Assembly (NCBI GenBank): GCA_964489705.1
Contig: CAZAZQ010000005.1
Coordinates: 101,496-165,495, forward strand
Origin: an uncultured Ignavibacteriales bacterium
GTDB lineage: Bacteria; Zixibacteria; MSB-5A5; GN15; FEB-12
Reading direction: 5' to 3'
Length of the DNA: 64,000 bases
Shown: piece after piece, positions 29,300 through 43,065 of the stretch
Layout: each line of letters opens with the position of its first letter
How positions within the stretch are numbered: position 1 is the first letter of the stretch
Notes under the pieces: generated by a model
Told to the model about the DNA's origin: nothing
What the model saw: the letters and a program-made list of their open reading frames with translations, nothing else
The model's database searches: none
Made by a program: the position numbers and the translations under genes

Positions 29300-30264
29300 T
29301 TAAGTCGTTCTTGTATGTGCCCGGCCGCGACGTCCAAACGATTGACGGAATAGCTGATTTCGATCAGTTGATTTGTCAGGAAAATTGCGTCCTCTGGGTG
29401 GATCTGTGCAAACCGACCGACGAAGAGTCGTTCATTCTTACTCACGATTTCAAGTTCCACCCCTTGGCGATTGAGGACGTGATTTCGGAAAAGCCCCGCA
29501 CCAAGATTGACGACTATGATCGGTATCTGTTCCTCGTCTTTCAAATCGTCGACTACATCGGCAGGGAAGAAGGGTTAAAGACCAGCGAAATAGATATGTT
29601 CCTCAGTGAAAATTCCCTGGTAACGGTACACTACGACGAGCACCGCATTTTCGACTACCTGTACCATCGCGCCGAGCGGGACGAACGGTTGATGTCGCGA
29701 GGGGTGGATTTTCTCTTTCATGCCCTGATTGACGCCGCCGTTGACAACTTCAACACCACCTTGGATATTTTGGAGTACGAAGTCGACCAGGTGGAGGATG
29801 ATGTTCTTGGCGAACCGGACGAAGAGACCCTGCGTTCGATTTTTACTCTTCGCCGGGATATTGTCAACCTGAAACGGATCGTCATTCCGCAGATGGAAGT
29901 GCTCAATCATCTTTCCCGTGACCAGTTCAAGTTGATAACCACCAAAGCGGCGGTCTATTTTTCCGACATTCACGACCATCTGGTGCGGATTAACGATATC
30001 GCCGACGTCCACCGGGAAATCCTCAATTCGTCGTTAGAGATTTATTTCTCATCGGTGTCCACCAAGACCAACGAAATCATCAAATTCCTGACCATTTTTA
30101 CCGTCTTGTTTATCCCCCCGACCTTCTTGGTCGGGTTATGGGGGATGAATTTCCGCTACATGCCGGAGTACGACTGGAAGTACGGCTACCTCTTCGCCTT
30201 GCTGGTCATGCTGGTGACGGTCTTGGTATTGATCGTCTATTTTCGCAAGAAGCGATGGTTGTAA
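29296..30264 (+). CDS. corA: CorA-family magnesium/cobalt transporter
   Basis: A cytoplasmic alpha/beta domain followed by two C-terminal TM helices, with the GMN signature in LWGMNFRYMPE. Confidence 0.9.
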   Translation: MIKSFLYVPGRDVQTIDGIADFDQLICQENCVLWVDLCKPTDEESFILTHDFKFHPLAIEDVISEKPRTKIDDYDRYLFLVFQIVDYIGREEGLKTSEIDMFLSENSLVTVHYDEHRIFDYLYHRAERDERLMSRGVDFLFHALIDAAVDNFNTTLDILEYEVDQVEDDVLGEPDEETLRSIFTLRRDIVNLKRIVIPQMEVLNHLSRDQFKLITTKAAVYFSDIHDHLVRINDIADVHREILNSSLEIYFSSVSTKTNEIIKFLTIFTVLFIPPTFLVGLWGMNFRYMPEYDWKYGYLFALLVMLVTVLVLIVYFRKKRWL

Positions 30265-30364
30265 GCTCTCCTAAAAAGGGCTGAACCCTCGCCGCGAGTT
30301 ATTCGGTTTTTTTGTTTTTGTCCGGAAATTTTTCATCGAATGCAGAAATTCCCTGAAACAAGCC

Positions 30365-30392
30365 TTGACAAAAAGCGTATTTTGTTTATAGA
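30365..30392 (+). promoter_or_regulatory. Sigma70-like promoter candidate (TTGACA, 16 nt spacer, TATAGA) upstream of the TetR gene
   Basis: The hexamers were read directly, about 20 nt upstream of the ATG at 30413. Confidence 0.4.
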
Positions 30393-30412
30393 TACTGACT
30401 GGTAGGTATGTT

Positions 30413-31045
30413 ATGAGAAGGACGACCACGAAAAAGAAAATTCGGCAGAGCCCCAAGTTGCCGGCGGCAACGCGGCGGGAACAACTGCTCAAGGCGGCGC
30501 GAATGCAGTTTATCAAGAAAGGCTACCGAGCCACCACCACTGAGGATATCGCCCGGCAAGCCGGTTTGACCAAGGGAGCGCTCTATTTCCATTTCAAAAG
30601 CAAGGAAGACATCTTTCGCGAGCTGGTCACCCAAGCGACGGACAAGTTCGTTGCCACGTTCGAACAGCAATCGAAAGGGAAACTCAGCCCCGGCGAGGTC
30701 TTGAAGCTCTTGCGACAGATTGACGTCAGCCGGGACATGCCCCATACCCGGCACAGCTTGAACTTGCGCGCCGAAGCAATGAAACTGCCGCGCATCAAAA
30801 TGCACGTCAACCGGGCAATACGCAAAATTATTCACGCGGTTGCCGAACGCCTCGATCCGGTGTATGGACGGGACAAAAGGAGCCGTCAACAGTTGGCAAT
30901 TTTAATTTTCGCCGTTTACGACGGGTTGGTGTTGGGGAACCAGATGATTCCGCAACTGATTAACTTTGACAACCAGATTCGCATGTTTACCGAGCTCCTT
31001 GAACCTCCTCGGAAAGCGAAGAAACGGACGGGAAAGAAGCGGTAG
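30413..31045 (+). CDS. TetR/AcrR-family transcriptional regulator
   Basis: The HTH region is YRATTTEDIARQAGLTKGALYFHFKSKEDIF. It precedes an efflux operon. Confidence 0.85.
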   Translation: MRRTTTKKKIRQSPKLPAATRREQLLKAARMQFIKKGYRATTTEDIARQAGLTKGALYFHFKSKEDIFRELVTQATDKFVATFEQQSKGKLSPGEVLKLLRQIDVSRDMPHTRHSLNLRAEAMKLPRIKMHVNRAIRKIIHAVAERLDPVYGRDKRSRQQLAILIFAVYDGLVLGNQMIPQLINFDNQIRMFTELLEPPRKAKKRTGKKR

Positions 31046-31056
31046 GAGCCGTTCGA

Positions 31057-32409
31057 ATGAGAAAGGGTATGACGGAAAAAAGACGAGTGATAACGTGGTT
31101 GACGTTGGGGGTGCTGATATGGCTGGGGTGGTATCGTCCTCTTACAGCAACGACGGTTTTAACAATAGAAGAAACCCGGCAGCGCGCCTTATCGTTCAAT
31201 CGCGCTTACTTGTCTGCCCTCAAAGAGATTGACAAAGCCCGCAGCGATGTCATCAAAGCACGTGCCGGAGCGCTCCCGCACCTGATGTTGAGCGGAACCT
31301 ACTCGAGGAATTTTATTCTCCCCTCGTTTTTCGTGCAGATGAACGAGGAGACGGTAGAGTTCAAGACCGGTTTCAAGAACAATTTCGGCTTTGCCCTCAA
31401 CCTCCAGCAGCCGCTCTGGCACGGAGGGAAAGTCTTCACGGCGCTGAAAATCGCCAAACTCTACAAAAGCTATGCCGAACAACGAGCAGCGTCGGTGAAA
31501 GCGGAGGTGTTGTACAACGCCGAAGTCTTGTTCTATTCGGTCATGTTGAAGAAATCGCAGTTAAGCGCCTTGGAGAAAGCATACGAGGCGGCTTCGCATA
31601 ACGTCAGCGTAGTGGACAAGCTCTACTCACAGGGGTTGGTCTCGAAGTTCGAGGTGCTCCGTGCCCGTGTGGAGAAAGCCAACCTGCAACCGGCGCTTGT
31701 GCAAGCCCGTTCCGAGGTTCGTCTTTCGGAAAAAAGATTGAAGTCCTTTTTGGGTATCGATCTGAAGGAGCCGATTGAGTTGGTCGTTCGAGAGGTCGAC
31801 CCGGCGGCGTTGGCTCTTCCGCCTTTGGAAGTCCTTATCGATACCGCTTTGGAAATGCGCCCGGAAATACATGAAGCACGGCTTTTGAACAAGATATCCA
31901 AGAAAGCGGTACGGGTCGCCAAGGGAGGATATTTCCCGTCGTTGGATGCTTTTTCCAGCTATAGCTGGCAGTCGGTGTCGGATGATTTTACGTTGGATGG
32001 GAATACCTCCAAGTCATGGACGGCGGGGATAACCTTGACGATCCCGATTTTCTCCGGCGGGTATACCCACGGCGAAGTGGTTCAACGACAATCGGAATAC
32101 GAGCAAACCCGCTTGGCGCTCAGGCAGACGGAAGATGATATAACTTTGGAAGTGGAACAGGCATACGATCAGGTACTTCAGGCGAAAGAAGCTTTGGAAA
32201 TACAAAAAGAAACGATTGAGCAGGCGGAGGAAGGACTGCGCATTGCCGACCTTCGCTACAACGCCGGTGAAGGGACGTTGTTGGAAGTATTATCGGCACA
32301 AGCGGCGCTGACTGCCGCCCGCAATCGGAAAGCGGAAGCGACGTTCTTTTTCCATCAAGCTCTTTCGCAGTTAAAAAAGGCTACAACCATTGATTTTAAT
32401 ACGAAGTAG
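31057..32409 (+). CDS. TolC-like outer-membrane efflux protein
   Basis: 450 aa with a duplicated coiled-coil/beta architecture (e.g. ...L..A......A.......P.L..SG.Y). It is the first gene of the MFP-RND operon. Confidence 0.85.
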   Translation: MRKGMTEKRRVITWLTLGVLIWLGWYRPLTATTVLTIEETRQRALSFNRAYLSALKEIDKARSDVIKARAGALPHLMLSGTYSRNFILPSFFVQMNEETVEFKTGFKNNFGFALNLQQPLWHGGKVFTALKIAKLYKSYAEQRAASVKAEVLYNAEVLFYSVMLKKSQLSALEKAYEAASHNVSVVDKLYSQGLVSKFEVLRARVEKANLQPALVQARSEVRLSEKRLKSFLGIDLKEPIELVVREVDPAALALPPLEVLIDTALEMRPEIHEARLLNKISKKAVRVAKGGYFPSLDAFSSYSWQSVSDDFTLDGNTSKSWTAGITLTIPIFSGGYTHGEVVQRQSEYEQTRLALRQTEDDITLEVEQAYDQVLQAKEALEIQKETIEQAEEGLRIADLRYNAGEGTLLEVLSAQAALTAARNRKAEATFFFHQALSQLKKATTIDFNTK

Positions 32410-32415
32410 GCAAAG

Positions 32416-33461
32416 ATGAAGATGGCAAAACATATCCTTGGAGTCGGCATTTCCCTGCTTTTGATGTTTGTAATACTCTCATGCGAAGGGAAACAAGAAG
32501 AGGTCACCCGAGTCGAAAAACCGCCGGTGGCGGTGAAGGTTCAGGTGGTGTCGTTGACGAACGAGGTAAAAACGAAAACCTTTACCGGTACCCTCGAGGG
32601 AGAGCGGCAAGCGGTCATTTACGCTAAAATCGCCGAAGCGGTCGACAGAGTCCATGTCCGAGAAGGAGATCGGGTTCGGGAAGGGCAAATTCTTATTTCG
32701 CTCGACAAAACCGGACCGAGCTCCCACTATCAAGAAGCGATGTCGGTGTTTCGCAATGCCGAGAAAAATTACAAGAAAATGAAGTTCCTTTACGAGGAAG
32801 GCGCCGTCAGCGAAACGCAATTCGACGAGGCGAAGACACAATACGAAGTGGCGAAAGCCAACTTCGAAGCGGCGGAAAAATTGGTGGAAATCGAGTCTCC
32901 CATCGACGGTATCGTTACCTTTTTGAACGTCTCTCGGGGAGATTACCTCACTCCCGGACAAAAGCTGGCGACGGTTGCCACCGTCGACACGTTGCGGGTC
33001 AAGTTTGGCGTCAATGTCTCCGATGTCAGCGCCGTTCACATCGGTGACACGGTGGTGATTTCCAGTGATGCCGTTCGGCAGAAAGCGTACGGAACTATCT
33101 CCTCGGTTGCACGCTCCGCCGACCCGGTCACCCGCTCTTTTCAAGTGGAAGCCCGCTTGATAAATACGTCGGGGCTTTTCACACCGGGGATGTTCGTCCG
33201 CATTGAAGTGGTCTTGGAAAGGCTGCCCGACGTTATCGCTATCCCGCGTGGCGCCGTCTTGAATTATGACGAGAAGAAAATCGTCTATGTCGTTTCGGAT
33301 GCCATCGCCCATCGCCGGGAGGTTCGGTTGGGAGATGATGTCGGTGAGAAAGTTGTGATAACGCACGGGTTGTCGGTCGGCGATACGGTGGTGACCTTGG
33401 GGCAGGATTATCTTGATGACGGAGTAAAAGTGAACGTTACGGAAGCGGCGGCAGGCGAATA

Positions 33462-33462
<1 letters not shown>
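32416..33462 (+). CDS. RND efflux periplasmic adaptor (membrane fusion protein, HlyD family)
   Basis: Lipobox LSC is present. The lipoyl/hairpin segments VREGDRVREGQILISLD and IESPIDGIVTFLNVSRGDY occur. It shares 1 nt with the start of the RND gene. Confidence 0.85.
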
Positions 33463-36587
<3,125 letters not shown>

Positions 36588-36606
36588 AAAGAGGATTGAA
36601 CAAAGC

Positions 36607-38229
36607 GTGACGGGACTAATACCTCCGAGTACCTCCTTGAGGTATTCGGAGCTATATTGCGATTTTTTAGCGGGAAAAAGAGAGATTCGTTCGCTCTTTG
36701 CTTCCGAGAGCCTTGAGGAGGCGGCAAAGGGGCTGGAGACACGTCCGTATGACCGGCAACGTTTGGTTGCTCTTCTCGAACGACAAAATCGTGTCTTCGG
36801 CGCTTCCGTGCGCACCATTGCCAACATTCGAAAGCTTGGGGAGAAAGACAGCCTTTGTGTTTTTGCCGGACAGCAAGCCGTTCTTTTCGGCGGTCCGCTT
36901 CTTGTCCTTTATAAGGCGTTGAGCGTCGTCAAGCGTGCCGAAAGCTACTCTCGACTTCTCCGTCGTCCGGTCGTCCCCATCTTTTGGATTGCCGGCGACG
37001 ACCACGATTTTGAAGAGGTCAACCACACTTGGGTATATGATCGCTCATACGAAGCGGTCAAGATTGCCTACTCCGCTTCTCCCGACCACGCTCTCCCGAC
37101 CGGGTATCTGAAATTTTCCGATGAGGAAAAACTCTCCGAAGCCTTTTCCGTACTCACGTCCACGCTGGGAGAGACGGATTTTACGCCTTCACTATATGTT
37201 CTTTTGAACGAATATTACACTCTCGGCGACACGTTCGTGACCGCTTTTGGGAAATGGCTGGCACACCTGACGGCTGACTACGGTTTGGTGCTCTTTTCTC
37301 CGGCGGATGAGGAAGCAAAGCGGTTGGCGGAGCCGTTTTTTCTCCGCATCTTGGATGAGCAAGAGGAAATCCGGCATCACCTTTCTTCCCGCAATCGGTT
37401 GTTGAGTGAACGGGGCTACCATTTGCAAGTGCACAAGAAGGAAAACGCCACGCACCTCTTTTACGTTTTGAATGACCGCCGTCCGATTTTGCGTGAAGGG
37501 GATTCTTTCCTCGTCGGTCAGAAACGGTATTCGAAAGACGAGTTGAAAAAGCTGGTGGCGTCCGATACCGAGAAATTTTCCCCCGATGTCTTGCTCAGAC
37601 CTGTATTTCAATCGTTTTTATTCCCCGTGCTGGCTCAAGTAGGCGGACCTGCCGAGATTGCATACTACGCTCAGATGAATCCGTTATTTGAGGTGTTCGA
37701 CTTGGTTACCCCTTATTGTCTTCCGCGTCCGTCGCTCACCTTGCTTGAAAAGCACTTCGAGCGGATAGTGGACGAACATGACCTTTCTCTGGCGGACGTT
37801 ATGTGCGATGTCGAAGGCGTTATCAATCGGGTGCTCGCTGCGACATTTCCGGGGCATTTGGAGAAAGACTTTGAAGCTCTCCGCCGCGATGTGGAAAAAC
37901 GCTTCAAGGAATTTGTGAGGGAATCGTTGGAGTTTGATTCTTCCCTGGAACAGTTTGCTCATCAGTTGTATGCGAAAATTGACTTTACCTTAAAGCAATT
38001 CGAACGGAAAATCTTTGCCGCCCATAAGAAAAAATCCCGGGCGACAAGAGAGAAAATTTACCGCTTATGGCGTTATGTTTTCCCCCTTCGTGCTTTGCAA
38101 GAACGTTCGATAAACAGCATCTATTTTTTGGCTAAGTATGGAGAGAATATCGTTTCATATATATATGATTCTATGGATACAGAACAAGCCGCTCATCAAG
38201 TGATATCTTTTTCGGAGTATAGGACGTAG
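36607..38229 (+). CDS. bshC: Bacillithiol biosynthesis cysteine-adding enzyme BshC
   Basis: GQQAVLFGGPLLVLYKALSVV...VVPIFWIAGDDHDFEEVNH and FSPDVLLRPVFQSFLFPVLAQVGGPAEIAYYAQ closely parallel Bacillus BshC (recalled from memory). The start is set at GTG 36607. The track start at 36532 would overlap the RND gene by 56 nt. Confidence 0.88.
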   Translation: MTGLIPPSTSLRYSELYCDFLAGKREIRSLFASESLEEAAKGLETRPYDRQRLVALLERQNRVFGASVRTIANIRKLGEKDSLCVFAGQQAVLFGGPLLVLYKALSVVKRAESYSRLLRRPVVPIFWIAGDDHDFEEVNHTWVYDRSYEAVKIAYSASPDHALPTGYLKFSDEEKLSEAFSVLTSTLGETDFTPSLYVLLNEYYTLGDTFVTAFGKWLAHLTADYGLVLFSPADEEAKRLAEPFFLRILDEQEEIRHHLSSRNRLLSERGYHLQVHKKENATHLFYVLNDRRPILREGDSFLVGQKRYSKDELKKLVASDTEKFSPDVLLRPVFQSFLFPVLAQVGGPAEIAYYAQMNPLFEVFDLVTPYCLPRPSLTLLEKHFERIVDEHDLSLADVMCDVEGVINRVLAATFPGHLEKDFEALRRDVEKRFKEFVRESLEFDSSLEQFAHQLYAKIDFTLKQFERKIFAAHKKKSRATREKIYRLWRYVFPLRALQERSINSIYFLAKYGENIVSYIYDSMDTEQAAHQVISFSEYRT

Positions 38230-39360
38230 ATGGTTATCGGGATAACATGCTATCCGGTTGCCGGCGGTTCCGGCATTGTGGCGACGGAATTAGGGCAGCA
38301 GTTGGCGCAACGCGGACATCAGATACACTTTATTTCGTATGCCATTCCGTTTCGGCTCGATAGGTATCAGGCGAATTTGTTTTACCACGGTGTAGAGACA
38401 ACCGCTTACCCGTTGTTCAAGTTCCCGCCGTACACCTTGACCTTGGCGGCAAAGATGGCGGAAGTGGCGCGCAATTTTCGGCTGGATATTTTCCATATGC
38501 ACTATGCCATCCCTCATGCGACCTGTGCTTTTTTGGCGCAGCAGATGCTGCACGAGCAAGGTTTCCCGGTGCCGAAAATCATCACCACCCTCCACGGAAC
38601 GGATATCACCTTGGTCGGTTCGGATCCTTCTTTCTATGACATCACCCGTTTTTCCATCAACACCTCCGACGGTTTGACGGCGGTTTCCCATTATCTTGCG
38701 AGAGAGACCATCGAAGTGTTCTCATTGGAAAAAGAAATACGGGTCATTTACAACATGTTCAATCCGGCTCGCTTCGCACCGCACCGGAACAGGGAAGTCC
38801 GACGAGAGTTTGCCCAAGAGGACGAATTTCTGCTTATTCACATTTCGAACTTCCGGCCTGTCAAGCGCACTTTGGATGTCATCGATATTTTTGACCGGGT
38901 CAACAAAGTGCTGCCGGCACGGTTACTTCTCATTGGCGAAGGACCCGACACAGTCTTGGCGCGGCGGCAGATTACCAAGCGGAATTTGAGCGAACGGGTA
39001 ACCTTCTTAGGTAACCAATCACGGGTGGAGACGGTGCTTCCCTGTGGCGATGTCTTCTTACTGCCGTCGGAAGAAGAGTCTTTCGGGCTGGCGGCGTTGG
39101 AGGCGCTTGCTTGCGGCGTGCCGGTCATCGGTACCAGCGGGACAGGTTTGGCGGAGGTGATTGAGGACAAAGTAAACGGTTTCCTCCTGCCGGTGGGGGA
39201 CACGACGGCGATGGCGGAGGCGGTCGTATCGTTACTCAGCGACAGAGAGCGGCTGGAACGGTTCAAAAAAGCCGCCGCCGAGAAAGCGTTGGAAAAATTT
39301 TCCAGTCAAAGGATTGTCGACGAGTATGAACGCTACTACGAGGAAGTATACCATGGATAA
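38230..39360 (+). CDS. bshA: N-acetyl-alpha-D-glucosaminyl L-malate synthase BshA (GT4 glycosyltransferase)
   Basis: The N-terminus IGITCYPVAGGSGIVATELGQQLAQRGHQIHFISY is the BshA hallmark. The GT-B C-terminal motif EESFGLAALEALACGVPVIGT is present. The gene begins immediately after the bshC stop. Confidence 0.9.
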   Translation: MVIGITCYPVAGGSGIVATELGQQLAQRGHQIHFISYAIPFRLDRYQANLFYHGVETTAYPLFKFPPYTLTLAAKMAEVARNFRLDIFHMHYAIPHATCAFLAQQMLHEQGFPVPKIITTLHGTDITLVGSDPSFYDITRFSINTSDGLTAVSHYLARETIEVFSLEKEIRVIYNMFNPARFAPHRNREVRREFAQEDEFLLIHISNFRPVKRTLDVIDIFDRVNKVLPARLLLIGEGPDTVLARRQITKRNLSERVTFLGNQSRVETVLPCGDVFLLPSEEESFGLAALEALACGVPVIGTSGTGLAEVIEDKVNGFLLPVGDTTAMAEAVVSLLSDRERLERFKKAAAEKALEKFSSQRIVDEYERYYEEVYHG

Positions 39361-40075
39361 AGCAGTCAAGCTCGATGTGTTGGCAATCGGCGCTCATCCG
39401 GACGATGTCGAGATTACGTCCGGCGGTTTGCTTTTGAAAATGGCTGCTTTAGGGCGGAAGGTCGGGGTTCTGGATTTGACACGGGGGGAGATGGGTACCC
39501 TCGGCAGTGCCGATGATCGCCTTGCCGAAGCGCAGGAAGCTGCCCGCCTGCTGGGGTTGGTGTATCGCGAGAATTTGTCGCTGCCGGACTCGAAATTGAC
39601 TGTCCTGCCCGAGTACACGCACCGTTTGGCGGAAATCATACGCACCACCAAGCCGGAGCTGGTCATCCTTCCGCATTGGGAGCAGCGTCATCCCGATCAT
39701 CGAGCGGCATCACAGTTGGGTTACGATGCCTGCTTTATCGCCGGTTTGAAAAAAGCTGAAATTCCCGGTGAGCCGCATCGACCGAGAAAAATTATTTATG
39801 CTTCGTACTTTCGCAATACCGACTATTCTTTTTTGGTGGATATCTCTGAGGTATTCGAGCAAAAGTGTCAAGCCGTGGCGGCATACCATTCCCAATTCGG
39901 AGAGAAAATCACGGCAAAACACATTTTCCAGCCGGGCATCGACATTTTCAGTCTCATGCGTACCCGTGCCGCTGCCCTAGGACAGTTGGTACAAGTTCGC
40001 TATGCCGAAGCCTACACGATAAAAGAACCCCTTCTTGTCGACGACCCGCAAAAGATGCCGGTCTCGTCAATTTAA
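39353..40075 (+). CDS. bshB: N-acetyl-alpha-D-glucosaminyl L-malate deacetylase BshB (LmbE family)
   Basis: VLAIGAHPDDVEITSGGLLLK (AHPDD zinc motif) and HPDH are present. The ATG at 39353 overlaps the bshA stop by 8 nt. Confidence 0.85.
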   Translation: MDKAVKLDVLAIGAHPDDVEITSGGLLLKMAALGRKVGVLDLTRGEMGTLGSADDRLAEAQEAARLLGLVYRENLSLPDSKLTVLPEYTHRLAEIIRTTKPELVILPHWEQRHPDHRAASQLGYDACFIAGLKKAEIPGEPHRPRKIIYASYFRNTDYSFLVDISEVFEQKCQAVAAYHSQFGEKITAKHIFQPGIDIFSLMRTRAAALGQLVQVRYAEAYTIKEPLLVDDPQKMPVSSI

Positions 40076-40096
40076 GTAATCGTTTTACAGGGCTGC

Positions 40097-41041
40097 TTAT
40101 TCGAAAGGATGGTCTTTCATGAAGTCCGGCTTGTAATGGTCGGGACTGCTGAGCTCTTGGACAAAGCCGCGATGGAAACCGAGCCGCTCGAATTCGTCGA
40201 GCACTTCTTCATACTCCTCGGCGGTAAGATACCTTCCCAGTTTGGGGTGGTTTCTGACTGCAGGAGTGGGGTAGTACTGTGACATCAACGAAATATACAT
40301 GTCGGGGGAGAGCTCCTCAGCAATAAAGCGAAGCACCGCTTTGCTGTTTTCAACATGACCGGGAAGCACCAGGTGGCGGATAATCATCCCCCGCGTTATC
40401 AAGCCGTTTTCGTCCAGCTCGATGTCGGCGCCCATCTGGCGATACATTTCTTTCAGCGCTTGTGTGGCGATGTCGGGGTAGTCGGGAGTGTCGGAGTATT
40501 CTTTCGCCAGACGGGCGTCCATGTATTTCATATCGGGAAGGTACACGTCAATCTCGCCTGCCAGCGCACGAATGGTTTCCTTTTTGTCGTAACCGTTGGT
40601 ATTGTACAGAAAGACCGGTGAGAAACCGCGCTCTTTGACGGCATGAATGATAGCTCGCACTTGCGGCACCACATGGGAGGGAGAAACAAAGCCGACCGAC
40701 GGACAGCCTGTACGGAGAAAAGACTCGATTTGGTCAACGAGTTCTTCGAGTGTCATCTCATGTTCAACGATGGCGCCCCGGTTGCGGCTGATGTCATAAT
40801 TTTGGCAGTAGATACATTGCATGTTACAATGAGTGAAAAAGATATTGCAAATCCCGTGCGGCCCGGAAATGACCGGCTCTTCACCGCGATGAGCGCAGAT
40901 GGAACCGATGGGAAACCCGACGCCGCTACGGCAGTAGCCGAGTTTCCCTTTAATTCTGTTGGCGTGACATTCCCGCGGGCAACAGGTGCAGTCGGCAAGG
41001 TCACGCAAAATGTTCGGTTGCTTCGTCCTGTTCGGTTCCAT
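40097..41041 (-). CDS. Radical SAM protein, PflX-like (pyruvate formate-lyase activase-related, COG1313-type)
   Basis: An N-terminal Cys cluster CTCCPRECHANR...GYCRSG and the radical SAM CX3CX2C in HCNMQCIYCQNY. Confidence 0.8.
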   Translation of the reverse strand: MEPNRTKQPNILRDLADCTCCPRECHANRIKGKLGYCRSGVGFPIGSICAHRGEEPVISGPHGICNIFFTHCNMQCIYCQNYDISRNRGAIVEHEMTLEELVDQIESFLRTGCPSVGFVSPSHVVPQVRAIIHAVKERGFSPVFLYNTNGYDKKETIRALAGEIDVYLPDMKYMDARLAKEYSDTPDYPDIATQALKEMYRQMGADIELDENGLITRGMIIRHLVLPGHVENSKAVLRFIAEELSPDMYISLMSQYYPTPAVRNHPKLGRYLTAEEYEEVLDEFERLGFHRGFVQELSSPDHYKPDFMKDHPFE

Positions 41042-41046
41042 ACCTC

Positions 41047-42816
41047 TTAAAATAAGTAATGAGAGATACCCAGGGCAACCCTGTATGCGGATGTGGATGT
41101 TTCTTGCGGCATGAGGTTGGCGACTTTACGGTAGCTGTGGCTGTAGCCAAAGCTCAAGGAAAGGGTGGTAGGTATGGTAATCCGGTAAACGGCGGCTCCG
41201 TGCAAAGAAAAGAAACTCTCTTTGAGTATATCCGTAGTGAAGGAAGCGCTATTGCTGAGGTAATCTAAACCCGGGGGAGGAGTTTGTTCTCTTTCGTACT
41301 TGATGTGAGTGTAGACATAGTCTGTTTGAAAGAGCAGAGAGGTGCGAGAGTTCAAGAGGTATAGAGCGGAGCTGGAAAGAGCGGCGAGATAATGCTGAGA
41401 ACCTCTGCTGTTTGTTTCGGTTGTAAAAATGGCTTTCCCTTGAACGACCGGATCAAAGTACTCGATGTGCATATCTTTAGTCGTTTCTTTTGTGTAGACG
41501 TAGTACCGTCCTAAGGCGTTGATATCTATTTGAATTTGTCTGGAAACAGGCTTGTGGTACTCTCCGAGTAAGGTCAAGTAAATGGAATTGGCGGTTCGTT
41601 TGTCATAATTGTAATGGTGCCTGTGGACACTTCCGCTGGAGACGTAAGTGCTGTCCGATTGATACCTCGTTTCACGGTAATCGGTTTCCTTTTGAAAGGA
41701 GCTTTGAGTGTTATTGTACGTATACTCCGCCCCGATGCCACCTTGGAAGATTGTCCCGAACTGTCGTAATTCCCCGGAATATCTTGCAAAATGCGGATGC
41801 AAGTAGACCTGGAACCGATACATGGAAGCAGAAGGAAGGTCGGCGGAGGAAAATCTTTCGTTGAGTGGCACGGTGTAATGGGGAGTCGGGAAATAGTCCC
41901 ATACGTCTTGAATAACAAAATACCCATAGGGCCCGAGGTCATCAATGACACCGGTATGTTGCAGATACTCCATAATAGCCGTCAGTGCCTCGATACGACG
42001 GAGCCGTTCGTCAATCACATGCTTCTGCCGGTACTGATAAATCATATCACAGAGGGTGCGCATCTCTTCTTTGGTAGGAGAGCGCTTGAGCAAGCCGTTG
42101 GAGCGAAGTTCTTCGATCATGTACATGGCCGTGGAGGCAAATGCTCCGATATAAACTCGTCCCCATCCCGGAGTGAATTCCGCATTGAGATGCCAATCCC
42201 TGCTATCGGATGGTGTCTCTTTCGTGGTATGAGTGGTGCGTCGGTAAGTGTCCGGTGAGGAGAAACGATAGCTTTCAATATCTTCGCTTCTGGACTTCAC
42301 CGGGGTTTCATGGTAATTGAAAGCCACCCCGCCTTTCCCGGAAAGAAAGAAGTCCTTGACGAGATATGTTCCTCCGCGAAAATTCTGTTCTATGCTGAAT
42401 TGGAGCTTGTCTTCTTTGCTTTCCTCTTTGGTGATATCATTTCCATAGGGGGTGGCGTTTTTGTTGGTAGAGGAACCGGTATGTCGTCGTCCGTCAAGAG
42501 TGAGGAAGTTTGAGGCAATGAAAAACTTTGGAATCGTCACGTATTGGTAAACGATGGCGTTGTTGAAGCGGCATTGATAAAAATTTCGATTATCGGTCTC
42601 GCTCACGTAGTTGTCGTTGGGATGTTGTTGGGATATGCCGCTCCGCTCTTGCCTGTTCGAGTAGTCGGAGCTAAACATATCAGTACTGGCGGATACCTTC
42701 CACATAAAATCTTCAAAATGTTGGGGAATATAATCACTGATGCTGAAATCCATCCCCCATGCCGAAAGTGTCGTGCCGAAGCTGATAAGGCACGCGATAA
42801 TCCATACCCTACGCAT
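41047..42816 (-). CDS. Hypothetical outer-membrane beta-barrel-like protein
   Basis: The start is set at the ATG (MRRVWIIACLISFG...) preceded by GGAGG, whereas the track begins 33 nt upstream at TTG. Signal peptide is present. The composition is Y/T/S-rich and beta-like, and the C-terminus ends in GISHYLF. It stops 5 nt before the radical SAM gene. Confidence 0.5.
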   Translation of the reverse strand: MRRVWIIACLISFGTTLSAWGMDFSISDYIPQHFEDFMWKVSASTDMFSSDYSNRQERSGISQQHPNDNYVSETDNRNFYQCRFNNAIVYQYVTIPKFFIASNFLTLDGRRHTGSSTNKNATPYGNDITKEESKEDKLQFSIEQNFRGGTYLVKDFFLSGKGGVAFNYHETPVKSRSEDIESYRFSSPDTYRRTTHTTKETPSDSRDWHLNAEFTPGWGRVYIGAFASTAMYMIEELRSNGLLKRSPTKEEMRTLCDMIYQYRQKHVIDERLRRIEALTAIMEYLQHTGVIDDLGPYGYFVIQDVWDYFPTPHYTVPLNERFSSADLPSASMYRFQVYLHPHFARYSGELRQFGTIFQGGIGAEYTYNNTQSSFQKETDYRETRYQSDSTYVSSGSVHRHHYNYDKRTANSIYLTLLGEYHKPVSRQIQIDINALGRYYVYTKETTKDMHIEYFDPVVQGKAIFTTETNSRGSQHYLAALSSSALYLLNSRTSLLFQTDYVYTHIKYEREQTPPPGLDYLSNSASFTTDILKESFFSLHGAAVYRITIPTTLSLSFGYSHSYRKVANLMPQETSTSAYRVALGISHYLF

Positions 42817-43065
42817 CACTAACCTCCGATAATGTGTGGGCGCTTTCAAAACGGCGAAAGCAAAAGTTACTTGTACTTTATATTAAATCCGGTTATTAGC
42901 AATATAATCAATAATTGAGAGGTGAAGAGGTATCACTTGAAAAATTTTTCCCAATGTGCTCACGTCTTTCCCTACCTGCTCCGATAAATTTTCAACTCAT
43001 TTTTTTATACCGGCGACTTTTTCTTCGGTTTCCTGCCTATTACAATTTTTGAAAAAAATCATCGG

